From positions 160,001-224,000 of the forward strand of contig CAVYGB010000013.1 in the NCBI GenBank assembly GCA_963767925.1: 64,000 nt of DNA, read 5' to 3'. Both the position numbers and the translations under genes were made by a program. Positions within the stretch are counted from its first letter, which is position 1; every line of letters begins with the position of its first letter. Source of the stretch: an uncultured delta proteobacterium. GTDB taxonomy: Bacteria > Myxococcota_A > Polyangia > Fen-1088. Below are positions 8,301 to 15,235 of the stretch, one piece after another. The notes beneath the pieces were generated by a model. It saw nothing but the letters and a program-made list of their open reading frames with translations, was not told the DNA's origin and made no database searches.

Positions 8301-10360
8301 CCGCGCTCGGCACCTCGGTGGCCGGCGCGGGCGACGCCGACGAGAACGGCTACGCCGACGTGATCGCGGGCGCCCCCGGATCGAACAGCGGGGCCGGGGT
8401 TGTCTACGTCTACGAGGCGACCGCCGCGGGGGTCACCGACACCCCCTTCTCCTACGCCTCGGCGGTGGCCGGCGCCAGCCTGGGCGCCGCGGTGGCGGGG
8501 GCGGGTGACCTCGACAACGACGGCGTGGGCGACGTTGTCGTGGGCGCGCCCGGCTACGCCAACGGCCAGGCCGGCGAGGGGGCCCTCTACGTCTTCCTCT
8601 CGGGCGGCACGGTGCTGCCCGGCATGCCTTCGGCGATCATCGAGGGTGGGACGGCGGACCTCCGCCTGGGCAGCGCGGTGGCCGGCGCCGGCGACCTCAA
8701 CGGCGACGGCGTGAGCGACGTCGTGGTGGGCGCGCCGGGCTACGCCAGCGGGCAGGCCGGCGAGGGCCGGGCCCTCGTGCACCTGGGGAACACGAACGGC
8801 CGGCCCTATCGGCTGCGCGCCCTGCGGCCGGGGACCAGCACCCCGGTGCAGGCGGGCAACGTCGTGCCGAGCTCGATGGCCGCCTTCGACATCGCGATCT
8901 TCGCCACCGGCCCGCTCGGGATCACCAACGTGCGGCTCGAGACCGAGGTCAAGCCGGTGGGCGTGCCCTTCGACGGCAACGGCACCGTGCTCGACCCCGG
9001 CTTCACCAGCACCGGGCTCGCTGGCGTGACCCTCACCCGCAGCGTCACCGGCCTGGCCGGGCGCACCCGTTACCACTTCCGGGCGCGCCTCCATTACGAC
9101 CCGGCCCAGCGCACGCTGCTCGGCCTGACCACCCCCTGGATCAACGGGGGCGCGCTGGGCGACGCCGGCGGCGTCCACCTGCGCACCGACGGGGTGGGCC
9201 TGGGGACCGCCTGCACCATGGCCAGCGACTGCGGCTCGGGCTTCTGCGTGGACGGGGTCTGCTGTGACACCGACTGTGGCGGCGGCGCGACCGGCGACTG
9301 CCGGGCCTGCACCATGGCGGCCGGTGGCACCCTGGCCAGCGGCATCTGCAGCGACCGGGCGGTCGCCGCCACCTGCAGCGACGGCAACGGCTGCACGGCC
9401 GCCGACACCTGTCAGGCGGGCGGCGTCTGCCAGCCCGGGACTGCGGTCACCTGCACGGCGATGTCCCAGTGCCACGACCTGGGGGTGTGCAACCCCGCGA
9501 CCGGCATGTGCACCAACCCGACCAAGGCCGACGGCACCACCTGCAACGACAACAGCATGTGCACGACCGGCGAGACCTGCCAGGCGGGGGCCTGCGCCAG
9601 CGGCACCGCCACCGTCTGCCCGCCGATGTCGACCTGCCACGACCCGGGCGTCTGCAACCCGGGCACCGGCACCTGCTCCACCCCGGTCAAGGCGGACGGG
9701 TCGTCATGCAGCGACGGCAACCTGTGCACGCAGACCGACACCTGCACGGCGGGCGTGTGCAACGGCGCCAACCCCGTGACCTGCGCCGCTCCCAACGCCT
9801 GCCAGGATCCCGGCACCTGCGTGGCCGCCACCGGCCTCTGCAGCTACCCGCCCAAGCCCGACGGCACCGCCTGCAGCGACGGAAACCTGTGCACGGGCAC
9901 GGACGTTTGCACGGCCGGGTCCTGCGTGGGCCCCGCCGTGGACTGCAATGACGGCAACGTGTGCACCACCGACACCTGCGTCCTCGCCACCGGCTGCGTG
10001 CGCACGCCGGTGGTCGGCTGCGTGCCGACCGACGGCGGCGCTGACGCCTCGGGCGACGGGCCCCGCGACGGCGCGGGGGATGGGGCCGGCGACGCCTCGG
10101 GCGACGGGGCCCGCGACGGCGCCTCCGGTGACGCCCGCCCGGCCGATGGCGCGACCGGCGACGCCCGCGACGCCGCCCGGGACACCACCTCCGCCGATCG
10201 CCCCGCCGACACGCGAGCCAGCGACGGCGGCGCGTCCATCCGGCGGGTCGGGGGCGGCGGCGGCTGCGACTGCGACGTCGGGCGCGGCCAGGGCACCCTG
10301 CAGGCACCCCTGCTGCTGCTCGGCCTCGGGCTGATCTGGTACCGGCGGCGCCGCCGCTAG
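5360..10360 (+). CDS. Large surface protein: FG-GAP/integrin-like beta-propeller repeats, Cys-rich repeats, MYXO-CTERM-like anchor
   Basis: Possible lipobox LVGC; more than 10 AGAGDVNGDGxADxxVGAP repeats; CxDGNxCTxxDxC repeats; C-terminal GGCDCDVG..LLLLGLGLIWYRRRRR; start chosen on the AAAGGAAA RBS. Confidence 0.9.
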   Translation: MRSPRRDPGDRRPGLVSARIAPASLVLLALVGCGAGSAPPAPPPAAAEGAARPPATRPGWLAEVREAVAAGEYRIRGQGTTFEAVNRLQGLRARWSRGELGVAARTGHGADRAETIKLRTVGLVGRGGARAAAGPHHLGDCGGLAVKDENGQCLRRLERAGNGLVERWENRPDGLAHSFLVSPPPAGARPGADGWLAIEVAVTGARVELAAGSTSAELIGKGGQRLRYAGLAAWDADEKRLPVRMRRAAGGIRLEVDDRGARYPLLVDPVLTAGAWTSEGNQADAGVTMVVAGAGDVNNDGFDDVLVSFPRYDGGGTDAGVVYLYFGSGTGPDTTADWTSQGTSAAGAAAASADSRFGNSIAGAGDVNNDGFADVIIGQPRFSNGQTFEGRAYLFPGSAAGLPAVPAWTVESDQANAFLGLTVAGLGDINGPAGGASFDDVAVTAGSFDSNGLTDNGRVLVYLGAAGGLAAAPSDTIDGAFSAFGLGTLAASAGDVNGDGRSDVILASPYYSNGEMDEGIAYVHLGRADGTLERTGAFTFETNEAGAPITSVAGVGDVNGDGYADVALGVPGKNNGVSDEGAVLFFAGSASGLVAVPTILGSSDGGSSFGVTVAGPGDVNGDGYADIAVGAYRRDTPGLANVGSVTLIAGSRGGPAITAATLADTILYGIAAEDNLGNALAGAGDVNGDGYADVIAGSTGADNGQANEGRASIYFGSANTSGLRALSDLGIESNTAGAGLGTALSAAGDLNGDGFGDFVVAAPSFGGANNGTVFVHLGAVGGPDGTADGTLTGPAGAGFGEAVAAAGDVNGDGFADLLVGAPNFGDGQVDEGRIYLYPGASGGITAATVPVTFDSNVAGALLGSAVGAADVNGDGLSDVAAGAPGLANGQVGEGRVYVLRGSLAGLTTASPITVESDLALSRFGAALAGVGDVNADGYADLAVGAPGYSNGEIGEGRLYIYPGSAAGLGAPITREVDVAGAALGTSVAGAGDADENGYADVIAGAPGSNSGAGVVYVYEATAAGVTDTPFSYASAVAGASLGAAVAGAGDLDNDGVGDVVVGAPGYANGQAGEGALYVFLSGGTVLPGMPSAIIEGGTADLRLGSAVAGAGDLNGDGVSDVVVGAPGYASGQAGEGRALVHLGNTNGRPYRLRALRPGTSTPVQAGNVVPSSMAAFDIAIFATGPLGITNVRLETEVKPVGVPFDGNGTVLDPGFTSTGLAGVTLTRSVTGLAGRTRYHFRARLHYDPAQRTLLGLTTPWINGGALGDAGGVHLRTDGVGLGTACTMASDCGSGFCVDGVCCDTDCGGGATGDCRACTMAAGGTLASGICSDRAVAATCSDGNGCTAADTCQAGGVCQPGTAVTCTAMSQCHDLGVCNPATGMCTNPTKADGTTCNDNSMCTTGETCQAGACASGTATVCPPMSTCHDPGVCNPGTGTCSTPVKADGSSCSDGNLCTQTDTCTAGVCNGANPVTCAAPNACQDPGTCVAATGLCSYPPKPDGTACSDGNLCTGTDVCTAGSCVGPAVDCNDGNVCTTDTCVLATGCVRTPVVGCVPTDGGADASGDGPRDGAGDGAGDASGDGARDGASGDARPADGATGDARDAARDTTSADRPADTRASDGGASIRRVGGGGGCDCDVGRGQGTLQAPLLLLGLGLIWYRRRRR

Positions 10361-10517
10361 CCCCCTGGAAAGGTGATTTCTTGCATATCTCGCCGGTCCT
10401 CTTCGTCCCTGGCGGCGTTGCTCGCCGGTCGAATACGCCAGGTATTCGCCCTTCTCGCGCCTTGCCAGGAACGAAGATGCCTCGCCGACATACGCAAGAC
10501 TTCACCGTTCCAGGGGA
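10361..10517. repeat. About 157-bp imperfect palindromic element (MITE-like)
   Basis: Arms CCCCTGGAAAGGTGA..CTTCGTCCCTGGC and GCCAGGAACGAAG..TCACCGTTCCAGGGG; inner hairpin GAATAC/GTATTC. Confidence 0.7.
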
Positions 10518-10538
10518 TTGAGCAGACCGAACGGTCTT

Positions 10539-10724
10539 CCCGGAGCCCCCTCACCCCTCCCTGTCCCCGCTTGCGCGGGGCGAGGGCGAACGGGTTAGGG
10601 GAGGCCGAGATCCCGGAGGAACGCGGCCGGGATCGTTTGCCCGGGAGATGAGGGTGGCAGTCTCCGCGAGCTGTTCGCCCTCGCCCCGCGGCAGCGGGGA
10701 GGGGGGGGGTGAGGGGGCTCCGGG
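10539..10724. repeat. Inverted pair of REP-like elements
   Basis: CCCGGAGCCCCCTCACCCC..GCGAGGGCGAAC (10539-10591) and its reverse complement (10673-10724), between convergent genes. Confidence 0.75.
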
Positions 10725-10725
10725 G

Positions 10726-11592
10726 TCAGCGGGGACGCCGGGTCAGGCGTTCCCGCAGCCAGGGCAAGCCGTAGGTCGCCGCCACCCGGGGCAGGGCGCT
10801 GGGTCGGTCGGAGAGCAGGGGCTTGAGGACCAGGTGGCGCAGGTAGCGGGACACGCCCGCCCGCAGGTGGAGCTGGGGACGGGTGGCCACCCAGCGCTCC
10901 ACCAGATGCCGCCGCAGCCGCAGCGGCCGGTGCCGCTCGAGCGCGAGCGGTGGGATGGCGCTGCCGCCGGCCCGCAGGGTATCGGCCAGCAGGACCAGGG
11001 GCAGGCTCAGCGCCGCGCGCCGGGCGCGCGCCTCGCACAGGTCCCAGTCGATCGGCTGCCGGGCCAGCAAGTGGCGGCAGTCGGCGGTGTGCCGGTCGTC
11101 GAGCGCGTAACAGTGGTTGGCGTGGTGGGCGGCGGCGTAGAGGATCTGGTCCTCCGCGCACAGCGAGAGGATCGGCCCATCGACGCTGTCCCAGGCCACC
11201 GCCCGGGCCAGCAGCTCGCGGGGGGCCAGCTCGAACCAGACCGGCTCGGTGAGGCCGCGGTGTAGATCGACCGTGAGGGCCCCCGCCGGCGGCTGGAAGG
11301 TCCACTCCTTGTGTCCGAAGTAGCGGTCGTAGGCCGTGGCGCCGTTGAAGTCGTAGCGCTGGAACCCGCGCGCCGTCAGCTCCGTCGCGAAGGCGGCGAA
11401 GGCCTCCGGCTGCACGAGGATGTCGACGTCGCAGCCGGTGCGCGCGCCCCGGCCGCCGTACAGCACCGGGTCGGCCCAGGCGGCCTTGAGGTAGACCACC
11501 TTGCTGCCGACCTTGCGCCCGATCTCGTCCAGCGCGCCCCGCTGGGCCTTGATGAGCAGGCTCTGGACCAGGCCGGCGTTGCTTGCCTTCAC
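10726..11592 (-). CDS. Nucleotidyltransferase family protein (NTP_transf_5-like)
   Basis: VVYLKAAWA..LY....R...DVDILV, VDLH, and a helical C-terminal part with IDWD. Confidence 0.8.
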   Translation of the reverse strand: MKASNAGLVQSLLIKAQRGALDEIGRKVGSKVVYLKAAWADPVLYGGRGARTGCDVDILVQPEAFAAFATELTARGFQRYDFNGATAYDRYFGHKEWTFQPPAGALTVDLHRGLTEPVWFELAPRELLARAVAWDSVDGPILSLCAEDQILYAAAHHANHCYALDDRHTADCRHLLARQPIDWDLCEARARRAALSLPLVLLADTLRAGGSAIPPLALERHRPLRLRRHLVERWVATRPQLHLRAGVSRYLRHLVLKPLLSDRPSALPRVAATYGLPWLRERLTRRPR

Positions 11593-11605
11593 CTGGCCGT
11601 CACCT

Positions 11606-11653
11606 GCTCATCGGCTCATCGGCTCATCGGCTCATCGGCTCATCGGCTCATCG
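11606..11653. repeat. 8-bp tandem repeat GCTCATCG x6
   Basis: Perfect copies, read directly; 13 bp separate it from the nucleotidyltransferase start. Confidence 0.95.
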
Positions 11654-11691
11654 GCGCACGGCTGTCGCCGTGGGCGCTGATCAGCCCCTGG

Positions 11692-12663
11692 TCAGCCCTT
11701 GCCCTTGGCCTTCTTGATCTCGGCGATGAGGGCGGGGATGGCGGTCTCCCAGGTGGCCACCAGGCCGTAGTCGGCGACCTGGAAGATGGGGGCCTCGGGG
11801 TCCTTGTTGATGGCGACGATGACCTTCGAGCCCTTCATGCCGGCCAGGTGCTGGATGGCGCCCGAGATGGCCACCGCGATGTACAGGTTGGGCGCCACCA
11901 CCTTGCCGGTCTGGCCCACCTGCAGATCGTTGGGCACCATGCCGGCGTCGGCCGCGGCCCGGCTGGCGCCGAGGGCGCCGCCCAGCAGGTCGGTCAGCTC
12001 CTCCAGCACGCTGAAGTTCTCGCCGGTCTTCATGCCGCGCCCGCCCGAGACGACCACCTTCGCCTCGGTCAGCTCGGGGCGAACGCTCTTGGTGGCGTGG
12101 ACCGCCACCAGCTCGGCCCCCAGCGTCTCGGGCGCCGCCACCGTGCCGGTCTCGACCGCCCCCGCGGCCGCCGCCGGCGCCGCCGGCGGGAACTCGGTCT
12201 GGCGCACGGTCGCCACCACGAGCGGCGTCAGCACCTCGACGTCGGCCAGCGCGTTGCCCGCGTAGGTCGGTCGGCGGAAGCTCTTCGGGCCGCAGCACCT
12301 TGGAGACGTCGCTGGCCATGCCCGCCTCCAGCAGGGCCGCCACCCGGGGCAAGATGTCCTTGCCGGTCGAGGTGGCGGAGCCGAGCAGCGCTGCCGCCCC
12401 CGCCTGCTTGACCGCCGCCGCCAGCACCGGCGCGTAGGTCTCGGCCAGGACCGGCCGCCAGGCCCGGGGCCTCGAGGCGGATCACCTTGTCCACGATAGG
12501 CGGCCGTCTGGGTGGCGGCGGCGCCGGTGTCGGCGCCCACCAGCAGGGCCACCACCGGACCGCCTGGTGTTTGGCCAGCTCGCGCGCGGCGGTCACCGCC
12601 GGCAGCGCGCTGGACTGCATCCCCTCGGGGCCACTCTCCACGAAGACCGCGACGCGCGCCCAT
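11692..12663 (-). CDS. etfA: Electron transfer flavoprotein alpha subunit (frameshifted in this sequence)
   Basis: [55 protein letters not shown]; the N-terminal half is spread over several frames. Confidence 0.92.
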   Translation of the reverse strand: MGARRGLRGEWPRGDAVQRAAGGDRRARAGQTPGGPVVALLVGADTGAAATQTAAYRGQGDPPRGPGPGGRSWPRPTRRCWRRRSSRRGRQRCSAPPPRPARTSCPGWRPCWRRAWPATSPRCCGPKSFRRPTYAGNALADVEVLTPLVVATVRQTEFPPAAPAAAAGAVETGTVAAPETLGAELVAVHATKSVRPELTEAKVVVSGGRGMKTGENFSVLEELTDLLGGALGASRAAADAGMVPNDLQVGQTGKVVAPNLYIAVAISGAIQHLAGMKGSKVIVAINKDPEAPIFQVADYGLVATWETAIPALIAEIKKAKGKG

Positions 12664-13487
12664 CAGAGCACCTTCGCTTCGGTTCGTGAGCTTGGCCACC
12701 AGCTCCTCGACCGAGGCCACCTTCTGACCCGCCTTGCGCGCCTCGGGCGCGGCGTGGCCGGTGGTCTTGACGAGCTGGGCGCCCGTCGACCCCCAGTGAC
12801 TCGGCGGTGATCTCTTTTATCTCTTTCTTCTTGGCGGCCATGATCCCCTTCAGCGAAGCGTAGCGCTGGCTCTCCTCCCACTCGGCCTCGGCGGGCGCGA
12901 GGGCGGCGTTGCGGACCGCCTTCTTGCCGATGATGCGCAGGTCGACGGTCAGCACCGCCGGCAGGGGGACCCGCTTCTCCTCGACGCCGGCGTCCACCTC
13001 GCGTGTGACGGTGGCCGACTTGCCGTCGGCCGCCAGCATCACGCTGGCCAGGAAGGTCGCCTGGGGCCAGCCCAGGTAGCCCGCCAGGAGCTGCCCCACC
13101 TGGTTGGAGTCGCCGTCGACCGCCTGCTTGCCCAGCACCACCAGGTCGGGCGACTCGGCCTTCACCAGCGCCGCCAGCGTGCGCGCCACCTCGTCGGCGT
13201 CGAGGGCCGTGTCGTCCCCCGCCACCAGGATGCCCGCGGTCGGCGCCCATGGCCAGCAGACCTCGCATCTGCTGGGTGACCTCCTTGGGGCCGATGCTCA
13301 CGAGCACCACCTCGCCGGCGTGCTCGCCGCCCTTGCCCTTCTCGGTCAGTCGAAGCGCCGTCTCGACCGCGTATTCGTCGAAGGGATTGACCTGCCAGCT
13401 CGCGCCAGACAGGTCCAGCCCGCCCCCGGCGAACTTCAGCTTCTGTTCCGGGTTGGGCACCCGCTTGATGGGAACGAGTATTTTCAC
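12663..13487 (-). CDS. etfB: Electron transfer flavoprotein beta subunit (frameshifted in this sequence)
   Basis: [57 protein letters not shown] overlap with etfA. Confidence 0.92.
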   Translation of the reverse strand: MKILVPIKRVPNPEQKLKFAGGGLDLSGASWQVNPFDEYAVETALRLTEKGKGGEHAGEVVLVSIGPKEVTQQMRGLLAMGADRGHPGGGGRHGPRRRRGGAHAGGAGEGRVARPGGAGQAGGRRRLQPGGAAPGGLPGLAPGDLPGQRDAGGRRQVGHRHTRGGRRRRGEAGPPAGGADRRPAHHRQEGGPQRRPRARRGRVGGEPALRFAEGDHGRQEERDKRDHRRVTGGRRAPSSSRPPATPRPRRARRVRRWPRSRSWWPSSRTEAKVL

Positions 13488-13531
13488 GCGTCCTCCGAGG
13501 TCTCTGCGAGGTGAAGCGGCGCTGGCGCCGG

Positions 13532-14047
13532 TCAGGGTGGATCCGCTCTCAGCGGTGCGACGAGCGCCTCTTCGAGACAGCGCAAGATGTTGTCGTTCAG
13601 GTCGACGAGGTAGACGGTCGTCGGCTTGGGCTGCCGGTGGGCGCGCAGCTCGTCGACGATGGCCCGGCGGCGTCCGAGGGGTCGACGCCGCCGAGGCCGG
13701 TCCCCATGCCCGGCAGGGCGATGGTCTCGAAGCTCGTGATGTGCGGCGGCGATCAGGGCGGCGCGGGTCGCCCGCCGCACGTTTTCGACCCCGACCTTCT
13801 CGCCCGGCTCTTCCATGGTCGGCGCGTGAATGACGTGTTTCGCCCAGAGCTGCCCGGCGTCGTGACCACCGCGGCGCCAACCGCGATGGGGGCCAGCGAC
13901 ATGGCCTCGCGCTGGATGCGACGGCCCGCCCTTGCGGGACAGGGCGCCGGCCACGCCGCCGCCCATGATTCCCAAGGAATTCGCGGGGTTGACCACGGCA
14001 TCCACCGGCATCTCCGTGATGTCGCTCTTGGCGATGTGGATCACCAT
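13532..14047 (-). CDS. Macro domain (ADP-ribose binding/hydrolase) protein (frameshifted)
   Basis: DITEMPVDAVVNPANSLGIMGGGVAGAL, AVGAAVVT, VIHAPTM and PGMGTGLGG motifs split over frames; 3' end approximate. Confidence 0.85.
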   Translation of the reverse strand: MVIHIAKSDITEMPVDAVVNPANSLGIMGGGVAGALSRKGGPSHPARGHVAGPHRGWRRGGHDAGQLWAKHVIHAPTMEEPGEKVGVENVRRATRAALIAAAHHELRDHRPAGHGDRPRRRRPLGRRRAIVDELRAHRQPKPTTVYLVDLNDNILRCLEEALVAPLRADPP

Positions 14048-14197
14048 CGACGCGCTCGCAAGCTGCCCCGACGGCCGACCCGCCAGCCACCCCGACGACT
14101 GAGCTTGAGCGTTCGGACGATCAATTCGCCGGACACGGTAGCACTGGGCGGCGCGACCCAGCAAGCGTCGCGGCCACCCGCCCCGCCGGGCCCACGC

Positions 14198-14286
14198 CCG
14201 GACTTCGGTTCCGGACTTCGGTTCCGGACTTCAGTTCCGGACTTCGGTTCCAGACTTCGGTTCCAGACTTCGGTTCCGGACTTCGG
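14198..14286. repeat. 13-bp tandem repeat CC(G/A)GACTTCGGTT, about 7 copies
   Basis: Read directly; abuts the cdnL stop codon. Confidence 0.95.
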
Positions 14287-14287
14287 C

Positions 14288-14788
14288 CTAAGAGGTCCCC
14301 TCGGACAGCACCTGCTCGAGCTCCTTCACCACCGCGGCCTCGTCCGCCTTCCGGGCGGCCGAGATCTCCTGGACGATGAGCCCGCGGGCGGTGTCCAGCA
14401 TGCGCCGCTCGCCGAAGGAGAGCGTCTTGGTGGTCTTGAGCCGGAATAGGTCACGAAACACCTCCGCAACCTCGAACAGCGAGCCGCTCTTGATCTTCTC
14501 CATGAAGCCCCGATAGCGGCGGTTCCAGGTGTGCCGGTCGCAGCGCACCGCCTTCTCACGCAGGATCTGCAGGACCTCCTCGACGTCGTCGGCGCCGGCG
14601 ACCGGCCGCAGCCCGACCTGCCCGGCCTTGTCGGTGGGGACGAGGATCCGGAGCCCGTTGTCCTCCAGGCGCAGGACGTAAAAGCTCTGGACGCTGCCGT
14701 GGATCTCCTTCTTCTCGATGCCGAGAACCTCGGCGATCCCCCGCGACGGATAGACGGCCTTCTGACCGATGGCGAACGTGACCGACAC
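14288..14788 (-). CDS. cdnL: CarD/CdnL family RNA polymerase-binding factor
   Basis: FAIGQKAVYPSRG, WNRRYRGFMEKIKSGSLFEVAEV, LSFGERRMLDTAR; GGAGGT RBS before GTG at 14788; no HMGA tail. Confidence 0.9.
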   Translation of the reverse strand: MSVTFAIGQKAVYPSRGIAEVLGIEKKEIHGSVQSFYVLRLEDNGLRILVPTDKAGQVGLRPVAGADDVEEVLQILREKAVRCDRHTWNRRYRGFMEKIKSGSLFEVAEVFRDLFRLKTTKTLSFGERRMLDTARGLIVQEISAARKADEAAVVKELEQVLSEGTS

Positions 14789-15235
14789 TGCTTTACCTCC
14801 GAACGCGGAAGGTTGACGGACCCGGGCGTCCACAGGGGCGCAAAGGTAGGATATACAACTCTACTCCATAGAAAGAGTCGGGGTCCACCCCGTGTGCCAG
14901 GAACGCCTGCCCGCAAGCGGCATCTCCCGGGAACGTGAACGAATTTTTACCGAGAGAAAACCCGACGCGGATCCGGAGGGCTCCGGAAGCACCACGGCGC
15001 GATCGCGCTGAGCCGTCGCCGCCGCCGCGCTGCCGTCACGGAGAAATTCAGCGGCGAAGTCCAGGGCTTCCCGGCCGCCGCGATGGCTGACGCGCGCTTG
15101 CCCCCACCGCCGCTCGACCGGTACCCTTACATGCATGTCCCGCGACCACCGTTGCGGGGCAGGGAGGCAGAGCCGGTGTGGGGTGGGATGGGGAGGAAGC
15201 CAGCGGGGCTCGGTCGCCTCCGTGCAGGAACACTG

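Noticed and set aside
4937..9640. 1567-aa minus-strand ORF and similar long antisense ORFs (15242-19312, 36153-39932, 51710-54907)
   Set aside because: Shadow frames of real genes in GC-rich DNA; only the last 97 aa of this one form a credible gene.
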